A DNA stretch of 64,000 bases from Tepidisphaera sp. GTDB lineage: Bacteria > Planctomycetota > Phycisphaerae > Phycisphaerales > UBA1924. A program made the translations under genes and the position numbers. The stretch covers positions 1,344,001 to 1,408,000 of the forward strand of contig CP051526.1 in assembly GCA_050916045.1 (NCBI GenBank), read 5' to 3'. Numbering within the stretch: the stretch's first letter is position 1; each line of letters starts with the position of its first letter. The notes beneath the pieces are model-generated. The model worked only from the letters and a program-made list of their open reading frames with translations, was not told the origin of the DNA and made no database searches. Positions 21,774 through 30,704 of the stretch are shown in pieces.

Positions 21774-21816
21774 ACAAGCCCCAGCAAGTAAGCTGGATTC
21801 CAGCCTCTGACCGATG

Positions 21817-21850
21817 AAAGCACCCGCTCCCGAGCGGGTGCTTTTTCTTT
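21817..21850 (+). terminator. intrinsic terminator
   Basis: AAAGCACCCGCT-CCCG-AGCGGGTGCTTT + TTCTTT. Confidence 0.85.
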
Positions 21851-21904
21851 TCCGCCCAGCCCACACCCCCCCGCTCAAGGCCCCCCGCCCTACCATGCCC
21901 GACC

Positions 21905-22651
21905 ATGAAGCATGCTGAACGTGTCGTGATCTACGCCGGCCTTGGACTCTGCCTCGCGCTCGCCGCCGGTTTCCCCGGCCCCGGCGCCGTCGCCACCGCA
22001 AGCCGCCCGGCCACCGTCGAGCCCAAGCCCGTCCGTATCGCCACCCTCGACCTCGGCAAGCTCATCGTCGATCAGTACCAGCTCAACGAGTCCTACAAAG
22101 CCGCTCGCGCCGCCGAAGAAGCCAAAATGAAGCCGCTCCAGGACCTCCTCCTGGGCATGCGCACCCGCCTCGAGAAGCTCGACCAGAAATCCCCCGAATT
22201 CCAGGCCGAAATCCCCATCTACCAAGCCAAGGTCCAGGAGCTCCAGGAGGTCGAGAACGCCGTCCAGGCCTTCTCCGCCAAGCAGGTCGCCCAGGCCACC
22301 AAGGAAATCGCCGCCGCCGCCAAGGTCGTCGCCGACGCCTCCGGCTACTCCCACGTCCTCCTCTCCCGGCCGGTGGATGCCGAGTTCCGCCTCCCCAACC
22401 CCGATGGCGCCCTCGCCGAAGCCCTCCAGCGCACCGTCCTCGTCGGCGAAGCCGGCACCGACATTACCGAAGCCGTGCGCAAGGAACTCAAGCTTCCCCC
22501 GCCCATCACCGTGACCCCCGTCGGTCCGGTCGGCCCCGCCGCCGCCCCGGCTTCCAACGTCCCGACCCCGTCCCCCGCGGCTCCCGCCGCGGCCCCTGCG
22601 GCCCCTGCGGCCACTCCGCCCGCCGCCGCCCCGGCCACTTCGCCCAAGTAG
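21905..22651 (+). CDS. OmpH/Skp-like periplasmic chaperone
   Basis: Signal, IATLD, long coiled coil, GYSHVL, DITEAV; P/A-rich tail. Confidence 0.7.
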   Translation: MKHAERVVIYAGLGLCLALAAGFPGPGAVATASRPATVEPKPVRIATLDLGKLIVDQYQLNESYKAARAAEEAKMKPLQDLLLGMRTRLEKLDQKSPEFQAEIPIYQAKVQELQEVENAVQAFSAKQVAQATKEIAAAAKVVADASGYSHVLLSRPVDAEFRLPNPDGALAEALQRTVLVGEAGTDITEAVRKELKLPPPITVTPVGPVGPAAAPASNVPTPSPAAPAAAPAAPAATPPAAAPATSPK

Positions 22652-22687
22652 TCCAGCAAGGTAATCCGCCGAAGGAACGCCCCTTCC

Positions 22688-23554
22688 TTACTCGCCCGGC
22701 AGCGTGACCGTGAACTGCGACCCGCGACCGGGCTCGGAGTGGACGTCGATCTTGCCGCCGTGGGCTTCGATGAGGCGCTTGGTGGTCGAGAGCCCGAGGC
22801 CCGAGCCGCCGGGCTTGGTCGTGACATAGGGCTTGAAGATGCTCGCGATGAGCTCGGGCTTGATGCCCGGGCCGGTATCGATCACGTGGATCGTGGCGGA
22901 GGGTGTTCGCTCGCGATCGATCTGCCGCGCGGTGCGGACGATCAGCTCGCGAGGGTCGTTGCTCGTGCCGGGCGGCGGGAAAGCCTGCACCGCGTTGAGG
23001 AGCAGGTTGAGGAGGGACTGCTTGATCGCGGCGGGGTCGACGAATGCGGGGACCTTGCCGGGCGCGGTGTCGACGCGGAGGCGGACGCCGGCTTGCTCGG
23101 CTTGGGGCATGAAGAAGTCGGCCAGTTCGTGGACCAGCTCGTTGAGGTCGACGCTTTTTCGGTCGAGCTTGAGGGTGCCGGCGTACTCGAGGAAGTCCTG
23201 CAGGATGCCTTTGAGGCGTTCGGCTTCGCGGCGGAGCGAGTCGGACCGGCGGATGAGGCGGGCTTTGACGTCGGGGTCGGTGGGTGCGTCGGGTTCGATC
23301 TCGCCGGCGGCTTCGGAGATGAGCTGAGCGTTGAGGCCGATGGTGGAGAGGGGGTTCTTGATCTCGTGGGCGAGGCCGCCGGTCATGGCGCCCAGGTCGG
23401 CCATGCGTTCGGCGGCGCGGGCGCGGCGTTCGGCGGCGCGGACGCGGCGGACCGCGCGCTCGACATACCAGAGCCAGCCGAGCGAACCCGCCGCCAGCCC
23501 GAGCGCGAGCCCGAGAGCGAACCAGACGCCGGGATGCCAGGTGGCGGCGAGCAT
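22688..23554 (-). CDS. membrane-anchored histidine kinase (minimal sensor)
   Basis: One [29 protein letters not shown]. Confidence 0.93.
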   Translation of the reverse strand: MLAATWHPGVWFALGLALGLAAGSLGWLWYVERAVRRVRAAERRARAAERMADLGAMTGGLAHEIKNPLSTIGLNAQLISEAAGEIEPDAPTDPDVKARLIRRSDSLRREAERLKGILQDFLEYAGTLKLDRKSVDLNELVHELADFFMPQAEQAGVRLRVDTAPGKVPAFVDPAAIKQSLLNLLLNAVQAFPPPGTSNDPRELIVRTARQIDRERTPSATIHVIDTGPGIKPELIASIFKPYVTTKPGGSGLGLSTTKRLIEAHGGKIDVHSEPGRGSQFTVTLPGE

Positions 23555-23592
23555 GGGCGGAGTTTACACGTCCTCAGTAAACGATCGGGCGG

Positions 23593-23630
23593 AAAAGAAC
23601 GGGCCGGGCGATGTCTCGCCCGGCCCGTCG
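23593..23630 (-). terminator. intrinsic terminator
   Basis: ACGGGCCGGGCGA-TGTC-TCGCCCGGCCCGT with TCTTTT on the minus strand. Confidence 0.8.
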
Positions 23631-23650
23631 TGATTCATCGGTCGCCTTGA

Positions 23651-24772
23651 TTACTTCTTGTTCTTGGCGTCCTGGTATTCCTTCAGGGTGCCTTCGAGCT
23701 GGGACTTCATGTTGGCGTTCTTGGTGACTTCGATGGCCTTGGTCTGGATCTCGATGGCCTTGTCGGTCTCGCCCTTGATGAAGTGGATGCGGGCGACGGT
23801 GTCGAGGATCATGCCCTCTTCGTCGGTGCCCTTGGCGAACTCGGCGCCCTTGGTGGCGGCGCGGTAGGCGAGGTCGAGGTCCTTCTTCTCGATGCCGCCG
23901 TCGGGGTCGACGATGGTCCAGGCGATCTCGTTGAGCTTCATCGCGTCCTTGGAAGCGATGGCTTCGTCGGCCTGCTTGCTCATGATCTTGTAGGCTTCGG
24001 TGAACTCACCGGCGGAGAGGAGGAGGCGGAGCTTGGTGTCGCTCATGACTTCGGCGACGGCGGGGTGTTCCTTCTCGAAAGCGGTCCAGTCGGTGAGGGC
24101 ACCCTTGCCGTCCTTCTGGGCTTTGCGCATGATCTCGCCGAGGGTCTTCTCGGCGGCCTGGAGCTTGGCGGGGCTGGTCTTGATGTCCCACTTCTTGGCG
24201 ACGACGTCGGCGAGGACGGCGTCGAGCCACATGGGGTGGCCCATCCAAGCGATCTTGCTGTCCTGATCGACGACGAAAGCCGAGGGGATGCCGTTGCGGC
24301 CGGCGGCCTTCATGTAGTTGGTGTCCATCTTCTTGGCGTTGCCGTCGAACGCGACGGTGTAGGCCATGCGGTCACCCTGGGCTTTGACGAAGTCGGCGGC
24401 TTTGGCGAAGGTCTTCTCGTTGTACTCGCGGTCTTCCCAGATGTTGACGCCGATGATGGTGACGTTGTCCTTGTACTGCTTCTGGAGCTTGGAGATGTGC
24501 GGCATCGCGGCGATGCAGGGTCCGCACCAGGTGGCCCAGAACTCGACGACGTAGACGCGGCCCTTCTCAAAGCCGGTGACCTCGTTGCCCTTGAGGAACT
24601 TCTCAACCTCGAGCGCCGGAGCGGCGTCGCCGATGGCGAGCTTGGCGGTGGGCTGGGCCTTCTTCTCCGTGGCGGGAGCGGCCGGGGCGGCGGGGGCCGC
24701 GGGCTTGTCCTGGGCGAGGGCGGAACCGGCGAACATCATCAGAGCGGCGATCGAGAGCGTCCGTTTCAACAT
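23651..24772 (-). CDS. TlpA-like thiol-disulfide oxidoreductase with TPR-like C-terminus
   Basis: Signal peptide; EFWATWCGPC; GIPSAF; LNEIAW...LDTVAR. Confidence 0.9.
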   Translation of the reverse strand: MLKRTLSIAALMMFAGSALAQDKPAAPAAPAAPATEKKAQPTAKLAIGDAAPALEVEKFLKGNEVTGFEKGRVYVVEFWATWCGPCIAAMPHISKLQKQYKDNVTIIGVNIWEDREYNEKTFAKAADFVKAQGDRMAYTVAFDGNAKKMDTNYMKAAGRNGIPSAFVVDQDSKIAWMGHPMWLDAVLADVVAKKWDIKTSPAKLQAAEKTLGEIMRKAQKDGKGALTDWTAFEKEHPAVAEVMSDTKLRLLLSAGEFTEAYKIMSKQADEAIASKDAMKLNEIAWTIVDPDGGIEKKDLDLAYRAATKGAEFAKGTDEEGMILDTVARIHFIKGETDKAIEIQTKAIEVTKNANMKSQLEGTLKEYQDAKNKK

Positions 24773-24973
24773 GGCAGGCCTCCTTCAGGCATATGGGACG
24801 CTCGCCGGACCGAACCGGGTCCGGAAAGCGTCTGGGTATGTTAGGGAGATCGGCTGGGGAGGGGTTGGAGGGGGAAAAACGGGGGGGGGGGAGGAGTTGC
24901 CGTGGACGCAAGATACGGATGGGGCGAAGTATGCGCGGCCCTCGTCAGGGCCGCGCATGGTCGGGAACAGTCG

Positions 24974-26804
24974 TTACCAGCCACACCCCGTTTCATACGC
25001 GACAACGAAGGCGTCGTAGTCGAAGAAGTCGATGAAGTTGTCGCCGTTGAAGTCCGCCGACGGGTGACCGGTTTCGTACGCCGCGAGGAAATCGTCGAAG
25101 TCGAAGAAGTCGATGAAGACGTCCATGTTGAAGTCCGCCGCGCAGCCGCCCCAACGGATGCAGTTCTGGGGCGGGGTCGGGTCGACATCGTCGGCGATTC
25201 CGTCACGGTCGCAGTCTTCTAGAATCGTGAAGTCGATGGTCTTGGGGACCACGGGAACAAGCGTGCTCCCGCCCACTAAGCTGTACACACCGCTCGACCC
25301 GATGTTCACGCGGTACTGCCACCCCGCCGGCGTGGGGTAGAGCGGGCGGCTGCCCTTGCCCTTGATGCGGATGAATCGGCCCTGCAACGTGGGCTGGTCG
25401 CTGCAATCCATGAACACGTCGACCATGCTGTTGATGACCGTGACGGTGTTCGAGGGCGAAACCAGTTCAACCTGGAAGGGGAGGGCTTGCGGGACGCACT
25501 GGCCGTTGACGGTGACGCCGGGCGTGAAGACGTTCCCGTAGAACGCGAGTTCGAGCCCGGGGGCGATGCCGTTGTTGGGGAGATTGCCGCCCTGATTGAA
25601 GAGCCCTTGCGCGAGCGAAGTGGGACCGGAATCGGCCTCGTAGTGGTTGAAGGGTGCGACCGCGACGCGTCCGCCGCCCAGGCTGCTGCTGGATTGTGCG
25701 TAGGCGGGTTTGGGCGCGAGCGTGGTGCCGCCGACCGTGACCGCGCCGGCCCACGTGCCGCCCATGAAGATGACACCCGTGAGACCGTTTGCTCCGAGTG
25801 CGATCGTGCCGCCGGTCTGACCTCCGCCGATGTAGACGTTTCCGATGGCGGGCGTGTTGATGTTCTTGCTGAGCGTGTTCTTGATGAGAAGGCCTGCAGC
25901 CAGTGGCGCGGTGCACTGGATTCCCGGGCCGACACCTCCGGACATCGTGTTGCAGACGATACTCCCGCGGATTGAGTTGGCGGAAAGCGAGGAAATGTTC
26001 CCCGGTTCGTTCACGAGGGAGTTGTTTCCCGCCGTGATGTTCGCGTTGATCGAAGAGGCTGAGATCGTACCGATGTTCTTGTTGGAGGAGATGCTGATGA
26101 CTGACCCGGTGGAAGGTCCGATTGTTCCCGTCGGACTGAGCACGTTCTGGATGTCGCCCGCCGCGCCGATGGAGCCCAGTATGCTTCCGAACTCACTTCT
26201 GAGAAGATCGACCTGACCCGTGTTCGCGAATCCTGAAATGCCGAAGGAAGAAATGCCGGCGTAGATGTTTCCGTTGACGCGCATGACCTTGATGTCGTGC
26301 ACTTGAACTGCGTTCAGCGAGTTGAGCCCGCCTCCAGTGCCATCCCCAAGTCGCCCATCCACCGTGTTCCCGCTCCCATCGTCCATCGTCCCGAGAATCT
26401 CGAGAAGTTCAACAGCAGAGGTGCCGTTGGGAAAGAAGGGGTCAGGTCTGTGAATGATCTCGCCGACAAATCCGACACTGGCCGTCGGAATCGATGCGGC
26501 ACCCCGGACTGTGACACTCACCATGTTTCCCAAGTTCAGGTTTCGAGGGTAGATGTGGATGCGATTGAGTCGGACATTGGGAACCAGCGCTTCGACACAG
26601 ATCTGTCCGCCATCCGAGCGGATGTCGATGTCGTAGCCGCCATTCTCAGACGGCGTGATGCCCGGAACTCCCCAAAGCACTCCGCCACAGGAAACAACTC
26701 GGACATCCTGCGCGGAAGCCGTGCCCGACCATGCAACAAGTGCTGCGGCCGTCAAGCTAACACGAACCGGACCCCCCCCCTAACGAATTGATCAGACGCT
26801 TCAT
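24974..26804 (-). CDS. secreted protein with C-terminal dockerin-like domain; 5' end frameshifted at a G9 tract
   Basis: C-terminus ADFNMDVFIDFFDF...ADFNGDNFIDFFDY...YETGCGW; ATG 26804 with AAGGA RBS is in frame only if C9 (26772-26780) is C8; in-frame part runs from 26755. Confidence 0.75.
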
Positions 26805-27789
26805 CTTTGTTCCTTCTGCGAATGAACCATCCAGAAGCAGCAAGAGCGGCGAACGTCACCACCCCAGGCCCCGGAACCGCAGAGGCTACCCGAAATCCGG
26901 CACCAAGGCCGAGCACGCCGAATGAACTTTCGGTGGTGATGAGCTCGCCATGTTCCAGAAAGTTGTCGCCCGCAAAGGTTCCGCGAAGGATGCGTCCGGA
27001 ACGGTCCCCTGTTCGAGAGAGACTTTCGGTCATCTCCGAAACACCTCCGGAAACATCCAAGAGCCCCCACGGTGAGAGGGCGTTGGGGAACTGTCCGACG
27101 GGGCCGGGTTCCCCCACGCTGCCTGCTTCGCCAGCGTTGGTCGTCACGCCGGAGATCGGGACCGAGTCGCTGCTGTTGGGGTACACCCAGTAGCCGCCCT
27201 GACCCTCACCAAAACGGTTGGGGTCGTAGAAGGCGGCTTTGACCCATTCGTCGACGCTTGGAATCCAGAACTTGGCGTCGGGATTGCGGGCTTCCTGGTG
27301 GTAGGACGCTCCGCCGGGTCCGGGGTCGCGATAGAACGTCGAGGTGTCGTAGGCTCCGTTCTCGAAGGCCCAGGCTTCGCTCACCTTGCCGTTGTGAAGC
27401 CAGTTGCAGTAGCGGGCGGCGAACTCGAAGCCAACTTGGGTGGGCCAGCGGTCAAATTCAGCGGGCATCTCGTACGTGGAGCCGTTCCAGAACGAGAGCG
27501 TGCCGGAAAACGCGACGTTGACGCGGCTTCCTTGGAGGTGGGGTGCGTAGGCGAGGACGAACTCGTGCCACTGTCCGCCGGTGATCTCGGTGCGACCGAT
27601 GCGGTACTCGTATTCGACTCGGCCTTCGGCCGCGCGGCCGGACTGGAAGCCGCCCGGGGGTGCGTAGGCGGCGTTGCCGGGGTCTCCCACGCGGACGAAG
27701 TCGATGCCGTAGGACGGCGGCTCGCCTTGGGCGAGCGATGTGGAGGAGAGGCCGAGAACAAGGGGGAGGATGGCGAAGGAATGACGCAT
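26752..27789 (-). CDS. FGE/SUMF1-like domain protein with PEP-CTERM-like (VPGPG) sorting signal
   Basis: Signal; VGDPGN, IGRTEIT, AARYCNWL, PSVDEWVKAA, SPWGLLDVSGGVSE, GFRVAS; VPGPG-TM-RRR. Confidence 0.85.
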   Translation of the reverse strand: MRHSFAILPLVLGLSSTSLAQGEPPSYGIDFVRVGDPGNAAYAPPGGFQSGRAAEGRVEYEYRIGRTEITGGQWHEFVLAYAPHLQGSRVNVAFSGTLSFWNGSTYEMPAEFDRWPTQVGFEFAARYCNWLHNGKVSEAWAFENGAYDTSTFYRDPGPGGASYHQEARNPDAKFWIPSVDEWVKAAFYDPNRFGEGQGGYWVYPNSSDSVPISGVTTNAGEAGSVGEPGPVGQFPNALSPWGLLDVSGGVSEMTESLSRTGDRSGRILRGTFAGDNFLEHGELITTESSFGVLGLGAGFRVASAVPGPGVVTFAALAASGWFIRRRNKDEASDQFVRGGVRFVLA

Positions 27790-27916
27790 AAGCGGCTCCG
27801 AGAGGACGACTGGAGTCAATATGCACCATGAATGGACGGAGTTCCACCCGTGGAGCTGAATTTCACGGCTTGAGCGCTTGGTGGTGGCCGGTGGGACATG
27901 GTGGACCATCGAAGAA

Positions 27917-27975
27917 CCCCTCATCCGCCGCTGGCGCGGCACCCTTTTCCCCGTGAAGCACGGGGAGAAGGAGGG
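27917..27975 (+). repeat. dispersed hairpin repeat, family B, copy 1
   Basis: CCCCTCATCCGCCGCTGGCGCGGCACC-(TTTT)CCCCGTGAAGCACGGGGAGAAGG. Confidence 0.88.
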
Positions 27976-27979
27976 GATG

Positions 27980-28558
27980 TCATCCGCTGGCGCGGGGAGT
28001 GGTTCGCGTCGATGCGGGGTGGGAGGTCAGTGCGGGGGTGGTGATGACGAGGGCGGGAGTGAGGTTGGGCGCGGGAAGTGGCGGGTGGAGGGATGTGGTG
28101 CGGGGAGTACTCGCGGGTGTGGTGTCGGGCGAAGAAGTTGCGGGAGTCGGGGTTGTGGTGGGATTGGGGGTTGTTGTGGGTTGTTGGGTTTGGGCGGGAT
28201 CTCCCTTGCTGGCGCTGCGGGCTCGTTGAGGCGGCGCCAGCATGATGGTGGTGAGTCGGGCGAGGGCGGTGGCGGCGCGGCGGGTCTCGATGGTGCTTGG
28301 CGCATCCATGATGCACTGGTGGAGGAAGCCGACCGCGCCGGCTTGGTGTTGGCGGGCGAGGATGCGCTGGTGACGAGTTTGCATCTGCTCGAAGGCTTCG
28401 AGGGTTTTGCGGACGGTTTCGTCTTCGGAGAAAGCGAGGAACTGAGCGGGCGTGAGCTCGTGCTTGGCGATGAGGTCCTCGATGCGGAAGTTGAGCTCGA
28501 AGAGATCGGCGAGGAGGGCTTCGTGTGAGGGTGGTTGCTTGCGCGCGGAGGTGCTCAT
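27980..28558 (-). CDS. hypothetical protein (helical N-terminus, T/P-rich tail; contains a solo REP copy)
   Basis: ORF with C-ending codon bias; no recognised domain. Confidence 0.55.
   Translation of the reverse strand: MSTSARKQPPSHEALLADLFELNFRIEDLIAKHELTPAQFLAFSEDETVRKTLEAFEQMQTRHQRILARQHQAGAVGFLHQCIMDAPSTIETRRAATALARLTTIMLAPPQRARSASKGDPAQTQQPTTTPNPTTTPTPATSSPDTTPASTPRTTSLHPPLPAPNLTPALVITTPALTSHPASTRTTPRASG
28203..28226 (-). repeat. solo copy of the RAYT-associated REP-like core
   Basis: CCCTTGCTGGCGCTGCGGGCTCGT, identical to the copies at 10603 and 10689. Confidence 0.9.
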
Positions 28559-28696
28559 GCGAGAGCAATCACGCGCGAGGGGATTGTCTTTCGGCGGGTT
28601 CGCGAGGTGGACGCGCGGTGACCGGGGATGTGCGCACGGGGGTGGGGAGTGTGGGGAGTTTTGTGGGAGAATCGTGTGAGGGTGGATCGCGGGTGT

Positions 28697-28778
28697 CGCC
28701 CCGTTGGGGCTTGGCGGGAGCCGTGGGCGAGACCCAGGCCTGACGGCCTGGGCTTTCTTCTTGGGCCCCGTTGGGGCC
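28697..28778. repeat. composite palindromic element (GCCCCGTTGGGGC x2 flanking CCCAGGCC-TGAC-GGCCTGGG)
   Basis: Three hairpins read directly from the sequence. Confidence 0.7.
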
Positions 28779-28916
28779 GGTCCTTCGCGAGGGTGCTTCG
28801 TGCTGCGCGGGAGGGACGGTGAGTGCGGAGGACGAACGAAGACCCCTCATCCCTGCCGAAGCGGCGGGGACAAGGGGGAATCGGTATGCTCTTGTCCTTC
28901 GGACAGGAGATCACAC

Positions 28917-30632
28917 ATGGCGCAGGAACTGGATGCGGGTGGCGGGAAGGGTGGGAGCGGTGGGGGTGGTGTGCTTGGGGTGATTGAGTGGCTTGGGAAC
29001 AAGCTTCCTGATCCGGTGTTTTTGTTTTTGGGAGCGACGGCGCTGGTGTTTGTGCTTTCGGCGATCGGGTCGGGGCTGGGGTGGTCGGTGCAGCCGCAGC
29101 GGCCGCGGGTGGTGATGCAGACGGTCGTCGAGAACGGCGTCGAGGTTTCCAAGCCGAAGAAGGATGAGCAGGGCAAGCCTGTGATCGAGCTTGTGAGCGA
29201 GGGGTCGCCGGTGGCGCCTCGGAACATGATGAGCGCGGACGGGGTGTACTGGCTTTCCGTGAACATGATCCGGAACTTCATCAACTTTCCGCCGCTTGGG
29301 GTGGTGCTGGTGGGGATGTTCGGGATCGGGGTTGCGGAGCGGGTGGGGCTTTTCTCGGCGATTTTGCGGTGGATGGCGAGGTTGGTGCCTGGGTGGGCGC
29401 TGACGCCGACGATCGTGTTCCTTGGGGTGGTGTCGAACGTGGCGAGTGATGCGGGGTATCTGGTGCTGCCGCCGCTTGCGGCTGGGCTGTACATCTTGTT
29501 CAAGCGTCCGCCGCTGGCGGGGATCGCGGCGGCGTTCGCGGGGGTTTCGGCGGGGTTCAGCGCGAATCTTCTGGTGGGGTCGACGGATGCGCTGGTGGGG
29601 GGGATCACGCAAGCGGGTGCGCGGGTGCTCGAACCTGACTACACGGTGCTTGCGACGGCGAACTGGTGGTTCATGGCGGGGTCGACGTTTTTGCTGACGG
29701 GGCTTGGGTGGGCGGTGACGGCGTGGATCGTGGAGCCCCGGCTTGTGGCGACGGGGGGATTGAAGTCGGATGATCCGCTGGCGGGGCAGGAGGGTGATCT
29801 GTCGGGGACGGAGCGGCGGGCTCTTGGGCTTGCGGGGCTCGCAGCGCTGGTGACGGTGGGCGTGGCGGCGGCGATGATCTTTGTTCCCGGGGCGCCGCTT
29901 GCGGGTCCGATGCCGGCGGCGGCGCCGACGTTCGGGCCGATTCCGGTGTCGGCGCCGGCGAACGCGGCTGTGGCGACGGCGGCGGCGCAGCCGCGGTGGA
30001 GCCAGGCGGTAGTGCCGCTGATCCTGGTGTGCTTTCTGGTCCCGGGCTTGGTGTACGGGATGGTGACGGGGTCGATCCGGTCGCAGGCGGATGTGTCGAA
30101 AGCGTTCATCGGGTCGATGGTGTCGATGGCGCCGGTGATCGCGCTGGCGTTCTTTGCGGCGCAGTTCATCGCGTCGTTCCAGTTCTCGCAGCTTGACCGG
30201 ATGCTGGCGTTCGCGGGGGGGAAGGCGCTGGTGCAGTCGGGGCTTCCGATCCCGGCGCTGCTTGCGGGCGTGGTGGTGCTGACGATGACGGTGAATTTGC
30301 TGATGTCGTCGATGAGCGCGAAGTGGACGGTGCTTGCGCCGATCCTGGTGCCGATGCTGATGATGGTGGGGATCAGCCCGGAGCTCACGCAGAACGCGTA
30401 CCGGGTGGGCGACAGTGTGACGAACATCGTGACGCCGCTGAACAGCTATGCGATCGTGATTTTGGCGGCGATGCAGCGTCACCGGAAGGATGCGGGGATG
30501 GGGAATCTGATCGCGATGATGGTGCCGTACTCGGTGGTGTTCGCGATCGCGTGGACGATCTTCCTGCTGGGGTGGGTGTGGCTTGGGATTCCGATCGGCC
30601 CGGATGCGCCGATGTGGTATGTGCCGAAGTGA
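28917..30632 (+). CDS. AbgT-family transporter
   Basis: IEWLGNKLPDP, NFINFPPLG, AAFAGVSAGFSANL, AYRVGDSVTNIVTP; AGGAG RBS. Confidence 0.95.
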   Translation: MAQELDAGGGKGGSGGGGVLGVIEWLGNKLPDPVFLFLGATALVFVLSAIGSGLGWSVQPQRPRVVMQTVVENGVEVSKPKKDEQGKPVIELVSEGSPVAPRNMMSADGVYWLSVNMIRNFINFPPLGVVLVGMFGIGVAERVGLFSAILRWMARLVPGWALTPTIVFLGVVSNVASDAGYLVLPPLAAGLYILFKRPPLAGIAAAFAGVSAGFSANLLVGSTDALVGGITQAGARVLEPDYTVLATANWWFMAGSTFLLTGLGWAVTAWIVEPRLVATGGLKSDDPLAGQEGDLSGTERRALGLAGLAALVTVGVAAAMIFVPGAPLAGPMPAAAPTFGPIPVSAPANAAVATAAAQPRWSQAVVPLILVCFLVPGLVYGMVTGSIRSQADVSKAFIGSMVSMAPVIALAFFAAQFIASFQFSQLDRMLAFAGGKALVQSGLPIPALLAGVVVLTMTVNLLMSSMSAKWTVLAPILVPMLMMVGISPELTQNAYRVGDSVTNIVTPLNSYAIVILAAMQRHRKDAGMGNLIAMMVPYSVVFAIAWTIFLLGWVWLGIPIGPDAPMWYVPK

Positions 30633-30645
30633 GAGGAGAACAGAG

Positions 30646-30704
30646 CCCCTCATCCGCCGCTGGCGCGGCACCTTCTCCCCGTGAAGCACGGGGAGAAGGA
30701 GGGA
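30646..30704 (+). repeat. dispersed hairpin repeat, family B, copy 2 (between convergent genes)
   Basis: CCCCTCATCCGCCGCTGGCGCGGCACCTTCTCCCCGTGAAGCACGGGGAGAAGG. Confidence 0.88.

Noticed and set aside
23562..23582. GTTTAC-N9-GTAAAC as dif site or operator near the skew switch
   Set aside because: Does not resemble dif; the 6-bp arms are too short and one arm is the -10 box
24881..24891. G11 tract as a phase-variable promoter element
   Set aside because: Intergenic and upstream of the likely promoter spacer; G/C runs are common in this window
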